From positions 367,847-399,846 of the forward strand of contig NZ_CP041352.1 in the NCBI RefSeq assembly GCF_009746125.1: 32,000 nucleotides of DNA, in the 5' to 3' direction. Shown here in pieces: positions 9,445 to 18,655 of the stretch. Source of the DNA: Casimicrobium huifangae (lineage in GTDB: Bacteria > Pseudomonadota > Gammaproteobacteria > Burkholderiales > Casimicrobiaceae). The notes below the pieces were generated by a model. That model did no database searches, was not told where the DNA came from, and worked only from the letters and a program-made list of their open reading frames with translations. Numbering within the stretch: position 1 is the first letter of the stretch; the number at the start of each line of letters is the position of its first letter. The translations under genes were made by a program, and so were the position numbers.

Positions 9445-9619
9445 TGACGGAAGGCACGCTGAGGCTCGCTACGGTGCTGCCAGTGACTAGCATCTTTTGC
9501 GTGAAACCCGCATTGCAATTGGGCTAAGAGCCTGAAAACTCAATAAGTCGATTATTGGCCGTTTATGCGGTTAAGCCCAATGCCAATAAGGGTCTGCGAC
9601 AAAAGCTGAAGCACCAACG

Positions 9620-10585
9620 CTACGGCTGCGCGGTCGGCGGCGTTGCCACTGGATGGTCCAGATCCGGCCGCTTCCACGGGTCCACATGGGTCATCAGGTT
9701 CAGCACGCGGTGCCGCTGCATCACCCGGCGGCGCGCCTCCACGGCGATGTCGTGCCCCGCCTCCACGGTGAGCTGCGCGTCCACCTCGATGTGCGCGTCG
9801 GCCACGATCATGTCACCCATCTTGCGGGTGCGGATGTCGTGCACCGCCTTCACGCCCGGCGTGTCGGCAATGGTGCTGCGGATCGCCGCCGTCTCGGCCT
9901 CGTCCACCGCGCGGTCCATCAGGTCGTGCAGCGCGTCCCAGCCAAAGCCCCAGCCCATCTTCGCCACCATGAAGCCCACGATCAGCGCCGCAATCGGGTC
10001 GAGGATTGGGTAGCCGAGCAGGTTGCCCACGATGCCCACGCTCACCACCAGCGACGATGCCGCGTCCGAGCGCGCATGCCACGCGTTCGCCACCAGCATG
10101 CTCGATTTCACCCGCTTCGCCACCTTGAGCATGTAGCGGAACAAAAGCTCCTTCGCCACCAGCGCGCCCAGCGCCACCCACAGCGCCACCACATGCACCT
10201 GCGGGATCGCCTCCGGGTTCTCCAGCTTCACCGCCGCCGACCACAGCATGCCCGCACCCACCGCCAGCAGGATCACCCCCAGCGCCAGCGATGCCGCGGT
10301 CTCAAAGCGCTGGTGCCCGTACGGATGGTCCTCATCGGCATCCTTCTGGCTGTGCCGGCTGGCCAGCAGCACCACAAAATCCGACACCAGATCCGACAGC
10401 GAGTGAATGCCATCCGCAATCAACCCCTGCGACTTCGACAATACCCCCACCACAATCTGCGCGGTGGAGAGCAGCACATTCACCACCACACTCACCCAGG
10501 TGGAGCGCGAAGCCGCCGCCGAACGCTCGGCAGGCGAAATGGGGGAATCGTCGTCGGATTCGGTGTTGATTGTGGGGATGGGCAT
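9620..10585 (-). CDS. Cation diffusion facilitator (CDF) family cation transporter
   Basis: VVVNVLLSTAQIVVGVLSKSQGLIADGIHSLSDLVSDFVVL, HPYGHQRFETAASLALG and NAWHARSDAASSLVV are CDF transmembrane and metal-site motifs. Confidence 0.93.
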   Translation of the reverse strand: MPIPTINTESDDDSPISPAERSAAASRSTWVSVVVNVLLSTAQIVVGVLSKSQGLIADGIHSLSDLVSDFVVLLASRHSQKDADEDHPYGHQRFETAASLALGVILLAVGAGMLWSAAVKLENPEAIPQVHVVALWVALGALVAKELLFRYMLKVAKRVKSSMLVANAWHARSDAASSLVVSVGIVGNLLGYPILDPIAALIVGFMVAKMGWGFGWDALHDLMDRAVDEAETAAIRSTIADTPGVKAVHDIRTRKMGDMIVADAHIEVDAQLTVEAGHDIAVEARRRVMQRHRVLNLMTHVDPWKRPDLDHPVATPPTAQP

Positions 10586-10630
10586 GGCGTGCGACGAGGG
10601 TTTGACTTATCCGAAGATACGGTGACGACC

Positions 10631-10855
10631 TTACCGGAAGATTAGCGGCGGGGTGCTCCGCCCGACGTGCTGCAAGACTGCCACCACCTGCTGCCGCTTA
10701 ACGCCTGGAAACCAGTTCACAAACTCGTCAATCGTGGCACCTGCTTCGAGGTTTTCAAACAACGCAGTCACTGGCACTCGCGTGCCAGCAAACACCCACG
10801 CGCCGCTCATTTTCTGCGGGTCTTGCTCGACGGCGTTGCAGTCGTTCCAATGCAT
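10631..10855 (-). CDS. DUF433-family (VapB45-type antitoxin-like) protein, no adjacent toxin
   Basis: VFAGTRVPVTALFENLEAGATIDEFVNWFPGVKRQQVVAVLQH is a typical DUF433 core. Confidence 0.8.
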   Translation of the reverse strand: MHWNDCNAVEQDPQKMSGAWVFAGTRVPVTALFENLEAGATIDEFVNWFPGVKRQQVVAVLQHVGRSTPPLIFR

Positions 10856-11068
10856 TGAAAATCTCCGTGATGCGTCACGGTTGTGACCTTGCTGTGCGAT
10901 CTTGCGTAATTCCTGAATACGGTCGCATCGGGTACGGGAGCGGGGCGATCAATCTGGTGCAGTTACCTTCTGGCTTTTGATTGTCTGGTTAGGACCCTGT
11001 CGCAGTTTGCACGATGCGTGAACCTGGTAAAGTGCGAGATTGAACCGTCCCACCGAGGAGCCCCGAAA

Positions 11069-11365
11069 ATGATGTCACGCATCCCAAACCTGCTGGACAC
11101 AAGTGCAGCGTCTGTGCGCTCATGGTTTCAATCATTGCACGACAAGGGACTACTGTACTGTCTCGATGACGATCCGGTATCTCTGGTTCGCATTGACAAC
11201 AATGAAAGGCTGTTCTCCGACGCGGCAGCGCTCGAAGTCAGCGTGACAACCAGCCGCATACTGGATTCACTCGGAGACCGGGCGCACGACATTGCCCTGG
11301 ATGTGCTTCGCCGCACTTTTCTCACCCCTCAAGAATATTCGCTCGCGAACATCGCGCGTGGTTGA
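11069..11365 (+). CDS. Hypothetical protein (98 aa), first gene of the vsr-dcm operon
   Basis: ORF 11018-11365; best start is ATG 11069 with GAGGAG (11055-11060) upstream. Its 3' end overlaps the vsr GTG start by 8 nt. Confidence 0.6.
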   Translation: MMSRIPNLLDTSAASVRSWFQSLHDKGLLYCLDDDPVSLVRIDNNERLFSDAAALEVSVTTSRILDSLGDRAHDIALDVLRRTFLTPQEYSLANIARG

Positions 11366-11849
11366 TGTTGTCGACGCGGCTACGCGAAGCCGCATGATGG
11401 CAGGGATCAAGTCGCGCGACACAAAGCCCGAAGTGCTGGTTCGCCACGGCTTGCACGCGCGTGGCTTCCGGTATCGGTTGCAGTCGGGCGATCTGCCCGG
11501 CAAGCCTGATGTTGTCTTGCCGAAGTGGCGCACCGTTGTATTCGTGCACGGTTGCTTTTGGCATTGGCACGGGTGCGCATTGTCAAAACTACCGGGCAAC
11601 AATGCGGCTTTCTGGCTTAAGAAGCTTGACACCAATCGACATCGCGACGACTACGTGAAGCGTCAGCTTCTTGCCGAAGGTTGGCGCGTTGCGGTCGTGT
11701 GGGAATGCGCTACGCGTGGCGCGCGTGCAGCCGTTGCAGTACCCCGCGTACTCGACCAGCTCGCGCAGTGGATCCGCGCATCAGGTCGATCGAGGTTTTT
11801 CGAAATAGGCAACGCCACTGTTGCCCGGATGGAGACATCGCCGCGATGA
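11358..11849 (+). CDS. vsr: Very short patch repair endonuclease (Vsr)
   Basis: VVDVVDAATRSRMMAGIKSRDTKPEVLVRHGLHARGFRYRLQSGDLPGKPDVVLPKWRTVVFVHGCFWHWHGC, with R-YR--- LPGKPD and VFVHGCFWHWHGC Vsr motifs; GTG start at 11358. Confidence 0.93.
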   Translation: MVDVVDAATRSRMMAGIKSRDTKPEVLVRHGLHARGFRYRLQSGDLPGKPDVVLPKWRTVVFVHGCFWHWHGCALSKLPGNNAAFWLKKLDTNRHRDDYVKRQLLAEGWRVAVVWECATRGARAAVAVPRVLDQLAQWIRASGRSRFFEIGNATVARMETSPR

Positions 11850-13414
11850 CGATTGATGTCATTGACCTGTTTGCAGGTCCGGGTGGTCTTGGCGAGGGGT
11901 TCGCTTCACTTGATGAGGGGCGCAGATTCAAGATTGCCGTCTCCGTTGAGATGGAGGCCAGCGCACATCAGACGTTGATGCTGAGAAGCTTCTACCGTCA
12001 TTCGCAAGGGGATCAGCGTGCACTTCAGGCGTACTACAACTATTGCAACCGCAGCGATGCTCCGCACCCTCGCGAGCTTCATCCAGCGCTCTGGCGTCAT
12101 GTCGAAGATGAAGCTCGTCAACTGACGCTCGGTGTAGAGCGGGACAACAACGTTCTGCGCCGGATTCTGGACGAGCGAAAACTTGATCCTGACAGAACGA
12201 TAGTGATTGGCGGACCACCTTGCCAGGCGTATTCGCTGGTTGGCCGTTCAAAGAATCAGGGCACCGCGGGTTATGTGGCCGAGGATGACCATCGCCATTT
12301 CCTCTACCGCGAATACCTGAAAATCCTGAATCACACACAGCCTGCCGCGTTCATCATGGAAAACGTGAAAGGCATACTGTCGTCAAAGGTCGGCGGGCGA
12401 CGAGTTTTTCACGACATCCTGCGCGACCTGTGTCACCCGGGGAGGGCTCTACGCCGTCCCATCGACGAACAGGGAAATGGCTATCGCATTTGTTCGCTGG
12501 TTTCACCCACGTTCTACGCGGAAGGTATGGACCCGTCCGCTATCAATGCCAGCGACTTTGTTATCAAGGCGGAAGAATATGGCGTGCCACAAGCTCGCCA
12601 CAGGGTAATTCTTCTTGGTATTCGCAACGACCTGGCGCACAAGGCGATCGACCTGTTGCGCACGCGTCCCCGAGTCTCGGTGCGCTCTGCGATCGCCTCG
12701 CTGCCGCCGCTGCGAAGCAGATTGAGCTCAGGTGATGATGCTGCAACGTGGAGTAGAACAGTCAAAGGCTTGGTGCTGGATCAGGCGAAAGATGCGGCGA
12801 GAAAGGGATTGGACGACCTGAGCAAGCACCTGACGGCCTGCCTTCATGGGATAAATGGCGGCTTGCCAACCGGCGCTCTACGTGTTGCATCGTATGTTCC
12901 GCCCGTTGCGCAGGACGACGTTGACAAATGGTCTTGTGACAGCCAGCTATCTGTCTGGTTGAACCATGAAGCGCGTTCGCACATGAAGTCGGATTTGGGG
13001 CGATATTTCTTTGCAGCCGCCTTCGGCGAGAAGTTTGGGAGATCACCGAAAGGTCACACAGACTTTTGTCTTGAGGGCCTGTCGCCCAACCACGCGAATT
13101 GGACGACCGGAAAGTTCGAGGACCGCTTCCGGGTGCAGTTGTACGACCTGCCTGCGACAACAGTTACCAGCCACATTGCCAAGGACGGGCACTACTTCAT
13201 TCATCCCGACCCGACGCAGTGCCGTAGTCTCACGGTTCGCGAGGCGGCCCGCCTGCAGACGTTTCCGGACAACTACTTTTTTCAGGGTAATCGGACACAG
13301 CAGTACCACCAAGTTGGCAATGCTGTGCCGCCTTTGCTTGCTCTCGGCATCGCGACGACGGCAGCCCGATTTCTAGCAAATCGCACTGCGGCTGGACGTG
13401 GGTATGTGGCCTGA
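11846..13414 (+). CDS. dcm: DNA (cytosine-5)-methyltransferase, Dcm/DrmMII-like
   Basis: Motif I DLFAGPGGLGEGF, motif IV GGPPCQAYSLVG, motif VI ENVKG, motif VIII RHRVILLG, motifs IX/X LTVREAARLQTFPDNY and QYHQVGNAVPPLLA. ATG at 11846 overlaps the vsr TGA. Confidence 0.93.
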   Translation: MTIDVIDLFAGPGGLGEGFASLDEGRRFKIAVSVEMEASAHQTLMLRSFYRHSQGDQRALQAYYNYCNRSDAPHPRELHPALWRHVEDEARQLTLGVERDNNVLRRILDERKLDPDRTIVIGGPPCQAYSLVGRSKNQGTAGYVAEDDHRHFLYREYLKILNHTQPAAFIMENVKGILSSKVGGRRVFHDILRDLCHPGRALRRPIDEQGNGYRICSLVSPTFYAEGMDPSAINASDFVIKAEEYGVPQARHRVILLGIRNDLAHKAIDLLRTRPRVSVRSAIASLPPLRSRLSSGDDAATWSRTVKGLVLDQAKDAARKGLDDLSKHLTACLHGINGGLPTGALRVASYVPPVAQDDVDKWSCDSQLSVWLNHEARSHMKSDLGRYFFAAAFGEKFGRSPKGHTDFCLEGLSPNHANWTTGKFEDRFRVQLYDLPATTVTSHIAKDGHYFIHPDPTQCRSLTVREAARLQTFPDNYFFQGNRTQQYHQVGNAVPPLLALGIATTAARFLANRTAAGRGYVA

Positions 13415-13784
13415 AACTGAGAACGGCTCAAGTCTGAGGTTGCCACATGGTCAAGATATTGAAGTTGCTGCTGCTTTCTTCCACGTTCCTCTTGACTGCG
13501 AACCACAGCAAGATGGATTGCAAAAACTGATGACGCGGGTTGTGCTTGGCAGTTTGCCGATAGGGGGCGCGCACCACAGCCCTTAACCGAGTCCCGCGCT
13601 ACGCCCCGCGTACAAAACTGTAGGAATCAAGCCAGCGCTAGGGTCAGGTAGGCTAGCCAAACTTCTCGAGTGCGCAACCGCCCGAAACCACATCGATCTG
13701 ACTCTAAAAACCTCGACAGGATTCCCTGAAGATTCACGCGTACTAGTTGTAGAGCGGATGCGGAACAATGTCTGTGCACGAAAA

Positions 13785-15857
13785 TCACAAACCGATCTGA
13801 AATCCTGCCAATTCCAAGCGTTGACGAATCTGAAGAATCGCAAACGCTTGTCGTGAAGTTGGAATGCGCCCAGCTGAACCAGCCAGCATCAACAGTTGAT
13901 CTTCCTTGGGCGTCAGCTCGTTACTCTGGATGCCCCAATCGCGCAATTTGCGCCAATTTGATGCCTTGTAGTTCATTACTTCTGTAATTGCCGCAATGTC
14001 CGAATCGATGCGTGCAACCCCAATCGCATCTTCTTTGCGCTGCAATTCATCCGCCTCGGGTACTAGTTCTGCAGCAAATTCTGATATTAGTGAGATTCGC
14101 TGCTGATGGGCACGCTGCCATGCTAGCTCCTTCTTGCACCACTCGGTGACGTTCTCCAACCCCTGTTCGGGAGCGGTAATGACCGAATACATTGCGCGAG
14201 CGATAACCTTTAGCTGAGCGGAAAGCGCTGGAGAGATCGCTTGCGTGCGCCAGATGGACTGGACATTCAACGCGTTACCTGCGCCCTGTTCAGCAATCAT
14301 TTGCGCCAACTTTGCAATCGTGAAAGTGACGATGTTTGCGCGGTAACCTCCGTCATACCAGTCCGTTTCAGCGGGAATAAGCTGCTCCAACTCTCGGAAC
14401 ACGATGGTATGGCCCACCGATGACTTAAAGAACTCGTCGTTGAACTGCAGCGGCCTGCGCTGCCACTCTTCCACGACGAACTTGCTGTAGACGTCGAAGT
14501 TCTTCTGCGCACCTTTGCTGACTTCATGCGGCAACTGCCGCCACGAGTTCTCGATCTTTGCTAGGTCCGTTTTCGTGATGACCTGCCGCCTCGGATTATC
14601 GGACTCGAAACGAAGCTTCTCAGCGGGACTCATCTTCGATGTCTCAATGCGGTACTGACCTTTTGCGCGCTCGTAGAACCATGTTGTTGGCCTCTGCGAC
14701 CCGGGTCTTGGTGGAGCTTTGATCCGCCTGGACAGCTCCTCCATCTTGCGGTGAAAGGCGTGATTTGAGAAAAGGTCGGAATCAGAGACCTTGGTCTGCC
14801 GGTTCGCGTACTCAGAAATCTTGGGAATCAGGTCCGCTGACCTATCGGTATCGACAACGGACAGCTTCATCTGTACGAAGATCCCGTTGAGGTCTGCGCC
14901 ATCCTTTCGGCGCGCGAGAGCAAGGGATGCCGTGGTCTGCCCGCCGTTCACGATCTGAAGGTCCGTCGCAGCAAGAAGTCTCGGACCGCCTGGCGTGTCC
15001 TGTGTTTCAACCGACGTGGCCGTCGCGGCAATTCCGTTGTTAAAGGCAAAAAACATTTCCGGGCTCCGAAGGATCGTCTCCCGGATTGCCTTGTTCACCC
15101 TCACCGCTTTGCCGAGAAAACTTCTTACATTCCCCTCAAGAAGTCGGCTGCCGTATTCCTCGTACATGCGTGCCAAGGTCTCGCCGGGTAGCACGCAAAG
15201 GTAGCCGCTGTACTCTGACTGGTTGAGGCTCGCCTTGAGGCAGGGAATCCCGCCTTCGACTAGGCCGCCGAAGTCGACTGTTAATGCCTCGCGCCCGGAT
15301 CGCGACGAGAGTACATCATGAAAACGGACAATATCCCAAATGTGGAACTCGGCTGGAATTCCGTCAACGCTTTGCTCTGGCCAGTCGCGTATCCGATCGC
15401 TCAGGATGCCGTCGGTGGCCAAGTAAAAACGCAGCCTCGTGATGCTTGGTTTATGCGTCTGCAGGAGGGAAAAGAAGTCGGACGCAGGATGGTCATCTGC
15501 CGAGAGATGATCGTCGTTTCTCGCGAACGCTTCCTCGACGAAGGAAACAGGTTTGGAGAAGATCGCCTTTGCGATAGTTTGAGTCAGTGTGAATGGCTGC
15601 TTTTCGCCCCCGAACTCAGCGATGACGATTCGCAGGGATCCGTCTGCTTCGTCAAATGCATATCCGTCAATGCCGAGGCTTCGTCTCCTCGCCCCAAATC
15701 CGCGATACGGACAGGGCACGAAATCAATGAGCTCCTCCGCCTCCTCCAGCATTTGTCCAGCCACGGAACCGAAGCCGGCTTCGCGATCTCGTCCCCCAAA
15801 CACATCTGCAGCGCGGGCAATTACTTCATCGCGAAATGCCCCCAAGTACTCTTCCAT
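13785..15857 (-). CDS. AIPR family (abortive infection phage resistance) protein
   Basis: Central MFFAFNNGIAATATSVE...LLAATDLQIVNGGQTTASLALARR...KLSVVDTDRSADLIPKISEYANRQTKVSDSDLFSNHAFHRKMEELSRRI is the AIPR signature region. Confidence 0.88.
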   Translation of the reverse strand: MEEYLGAFRDEVIARAADVFGGRDREAGFGSVAGQMLEEAEELIDFVPCPYRGFGARRRSLGIDGYAFDEADGSLRIVIAEFGGEKQPFTLTQTIAKAIFSKPVSFVEEAFARNDDHLSADDHPASDFFSLLQTHKPSITRLRFYLATDGILSDRIRDWPEQSVDGIPAEFHIWDIVRFHDVLSSRSGREALTVDFGGLVEGGIPCLKASLNQSEYSGYLCVLPGETLARMYEEYGSRLLEGNVRSFLGKAVRVNKAIRETILRSPEMFFAFNNGIAATATSVETQDTPGGPRLLAATDLQIVNGGQTTASLALARRKDGADLNGIFVQMKLSVVDTDRSADLIPKISEYANRQTKVSDSDLFSNHAFHRKMEELSRRIKAPPRPGSQRPTTWFYERAKGQYRIETSKMSPAEKLRFESDNPRRQVITKTDLAKIENSWRQLPHEVSKGAQKNFDVYSKFVVEEWQRRPLQFNDEFFKSSVGHTIVFRELEQLIPAETDWYDGGYRANIVTFTIAKLAQMIAEQGAGNALNVQSIWRTQAISPALSAQLKVIARAMYSVITAPEQGLENVTEWCKKELAWQRAHQQRISLISEFAAELVPEADELQRKEDAIGVARIDSDIAAITEVMNYKASNWRKLRDWGIQSNELTPKEDQLLMLAGSAGRIPTSRQAFAILQIRQRLELAGFQIGL

Positions 15858-15972
15858 TCAGAATGCCCCCAAAATGACCCTAAGCTCAGAGCCTGTTCGT
15901 CACAATTGAAAATCAGAATTCTCAAAAGTCTCGAGTCAATCATAATTCGATCCACTATAAAAATAGGGAGGA

Positions 15973-16995
15973 GTGGCTGGACCTGTGCTCATTGATGTCG
16001 ACGAAATATTGATCGCGCTACGGCGCAGCGACTTGGCTCTAGTAACCGGTGGCAAGTCGATTGCACCTCCTCCATGGGTCGATTGGCTTGTGTGGCTTGG
16101 TCAGTGGATGCGAGTCCAGGCTGAGCTTGAAGGCCGACGGATAGCGGTCGTTAGATTACCAAGTAGAAGGCTCGCCGCCGCGTTCGTTGCTATCGGTTCT
16201 GTCTTCGCATCTGCACGACTTCATGACGAATCGCTCGACTGGGATGGTTTACGGAGCCTCGCTCCCGGAACGAAGGTATTCTGGCGAGAATCTGCATCTG
16301 GCAAGACCGTGCGCCGGGCGGGGATCGCGGTCGGCGTAAGCCAGATTGACGGTGGTGACTTCTTGGAAGTCACTGTCGACACCCAAAGGAGAACTCAGCA
16401 AGGAAAGCGCTTTTTCGCCAAATCTGCGGCGTTGTCCTACGGGATAACCCTCGGAGCGGTTAGCGCGGTTGCCGATGAGCGACTGGCCTGTGCAGAGCGC
16501 TGTATCAACGCGGCATTGACGGATGCTCCTCAGGGTTGGATTCGGTCGCCGGCCGTCGAGTGCAACATCATCACCGAGCGAGCCTCATTTCTGGGTGATA
16601 TTGAGAACCTCGTCATCCGCGTTGCCGGAACAGTGGGCGCGGCATGCTCTGATGTTCTGGCCATAGCCGACTCCGGCGGGCGATCACATGGCAAGACAAG
16701 ATTGGCTTCAGCGCGAAGCGATGGGGTGCTCGACGAGTCGGGCTTCGTCACGATTCTTGACGGCGCGGCCGCAGCACTTCGCTTGAAGGACTCCATCGCA
16801 CGCAGCGTCGTGGTCCTGCTTGACCAGGCCGAGTACGACGAAGAGGTCGAGCAACTGCTTCTGACTTTCTTGGGCTATTCAGTCGATGCTGGCATCGACC
16901 CACCCTCGAGCGGAGTCATGGCGCTGCCGGAGAGTGTCGAGTGCTTCATCTTCGGTCTGCCTCTAGAGTCTCAGTCAAACTATGAAGCGCACTAA
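15973..16995 (+). CDS. Uncharacterised protein, first gene of the DISARM-like operon; may be the N-terminal half of a split DrmE-like protein
   Basis: Long ORF with good codon continuity; GGGAGG just upstream, so the start may instead be GTG 15985. Overlaps the next gene by 14 nt. Confidence 0.75.
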   Translation: MAGPVLIDVDEILIALRRSDLALVTGGKSIAPPPWVDWLVWLGQWMRVQAELEGRRIAVVRLPSRRLAAAFVAIGSVFASARLHDESLDWDGLRSLAPGTKVFWRESASGKTVRRAGIAVGVSQIDGGDFLEVTVDTQRRTQQGKRFFAKSAALSYGITLGAVSAVADERLACAERCINAALTDAPQGWIRSPAVECNIITERASFLGDIENLVIRVAGTVGAACSDVLAIADSGGRSHGKTRLASARSDGVLDESGFVTILDGAAAALRLKDSIARSVVVLLDQAEYDEEVEQLLLTFLGYSVDAGIDPPSSGVMALPESVECFIFGLPLESQSNYEAH

Positions 16996-18655
16996 GAAAG
17001 CCACTAACGGCCAATTGATTCGTCCGACCATGGGTGCGTCTGACATGCTGGCTGCGACAGGGCCAACCGAGTCGATCCTAGAGCTCGTGGCTACTCACCA
17101 TGTAAACGCAACCAGATGCCAAACGGCAAGAGTAGTGATCGACTTCCCGCCGATGCGAGAAGTTATGCGGGCGTGCTCATCGATTTTTGCTGAAATTGAT
17201 CGAGAGGATCCCCTGCAACGCGCGATCTCGCGAGACGTGTGGCTTGTGAAGTCGTCGCTAATGCTGACCGCTCTACCATTCAATGATTCGCGCCTAGGCC
17301 TAGACGAATTGCTGAATAGACTAGCTACCGCCACCGAAAGCGTTCCGGCAATCCGATCTCCAGTCAGGGCTTTGACTGGCTTTGCACAACACCTAGCCTC
17401 AGAGCGGTTCAATCCAAAGCGAGAGCGCTTGATGGAATTGCTGCAAACTTCAAAGCTTGGCGGCCGTCCTGTTGGACTTCTCGCAAATATTTGCGGGTCT
17501 CCGACCCCAGGCTGGCCAATCTCATTAGAGGTGGAAAGCGACTTCGGCGCCTCAGAGTTGGACCTCATTCGACGAAGACGACAGGTGAAGAGTTCGCTTT
17601 ACGAGCTATTAGTTATTCCGGGCAATCCGTGGTTCGCTTCCAGAGGCCTTCTGTTCGATCTGCTCTATGGCGGAAGAACTTCGGAGGTCGTCGTCGTTGC
17701 GTATCGATCAGAACCGGTTTCTTTGCCGATCCCTAGCGAAATGCCGAGAGATCGCTATTTCCCACCAACCCGACGCCAGCCGAAGCAAACTGTCGGGGAG
17801 AGCGAGCAGGGCGACAGCGCTCAGCTAGACAAATGGGCTAACGAGTCATTCTGGTCATCGATTCACGCCCAGCAGGCTGACATTACTCCGACCTCGGACA
17901 GAGACGTCACCACGGACGCCCAGTTCGTATTGTTTGCCGATGGGAGCGGCGCATTCCTCCCGGCAGATGGACGCGTTGTCGAGGTATCGGAGCTGTTTGA
18001 GACGGGAGCAAATTTCGACGTCACGGAAGACAAGCTTCCCCGGGTATCGGTCAGGGACCTTGAGGAAGGTGATCTTGTAATGCTCAGGCTTTCGGGTAGC
18101 GGAAACTACCTCGACGATGTTGCGGACTCGCTCATTCAGCGAGCCGGTGAAAATGCTCTGCGCCATCGTGCGCTGGAGTGGAAGGATATGCTCCACGATG
18201 TGATTAATCGCCAAGGCGAGGGCGTAGTGGCGATGAAGCTGCGAAGCCTTGGCGTCAGACTCCGGTCCCCCCAGTATCTTTGGGTTTGGGCGGGTGACGC
18301 TGTCATGGCGCCCCACGACCGACAGACGTTTCACAGTTTGATCACAACCATCTGGCAACTGGGGCGCCACACTGGCGACGGTGAGCCGGAAGCCTACGCC
18401 AACGCGCGATGGGACGACATGGAGCGCCTTAAGGCGTACCATCATAAGGCTGGTGTCGAAATTCGCGCTGCGCTGCTAACCCGAGTGCGGGGCTTGGTTG
18501 CCGAGCGCCGCCGCATCGACACGATGGAATCGATCGAACTGCCGGGGGTAGCAGCCGGTCGGATGGGCCTTCTACGCGTGGCGGCAGTCGACACAAAGAC
18601 TAGAAGGGTGTCGGTGTCTAGGCTGTTTCATCTGGGAAAGGTGAAGGCGGCGTAG
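16982..18655 (+). CDS. Putative DrmE-like protein (557 aa)
   Basis: Segments LLVIPGNPWFASRGLLFDLLYGGRTSEVVVVAYRSEP and DLEEGDLVMLRLSGSGNYLDDVADSLIQRAGE...EWKDMLHDVI...LRSLGVRLRSPQYLWVWAGDAVMAPHD resemble the C-terminal region of DrmE-type DISARM proteins. Assignment is from memory of family patterns plus gene context. Confidence 0.5.
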   Translation: MKRTKKATNGQLIRPTMGASDMLAATGPTESILELVATHHVNATRCQTARVVIDFPPMREVMRACSSIFAEIDREDPLQRAISRDVWLVKSSLMLTALPFNDSRLGLDELLNRLATATESVPAIRSPVRALTGFAQHLASERFNPKRERLMELLQTSKLGGRPVGLLANICGSPTPGWPISLEVESDFGASELDLIRRRRQVKSSLYELLVIPGNPWFASRGLLFDLLYGGRTSEVVVVAYRSEPVSLPIPSEMPRDRYFPPTRRQPKQTVGESEQGDSAQLDKWANESFWSSIHAQQADITPTSDRDVTTDAQFVLFADGSGAFLPADGRVVEVSELFETGANFDVTEDKLPRVSVRDLEEGDLVMLRLSGSGNYLDDVADSLIQRAGENALRHRALEWKDMLHDVINRQGEGVVAMKLRSLGVRLRSPQYLWVWAGDAVMAPHDRQTFHSLITTIWQLGRHTGDGEPEAYANARWDDMERLKAYHHKAGVEIRAALLTRVRGLVAERRRIDTMESIELPGVAAGRMGLLRVAAVDTKTRRVSVSRLFHLGKVKAA

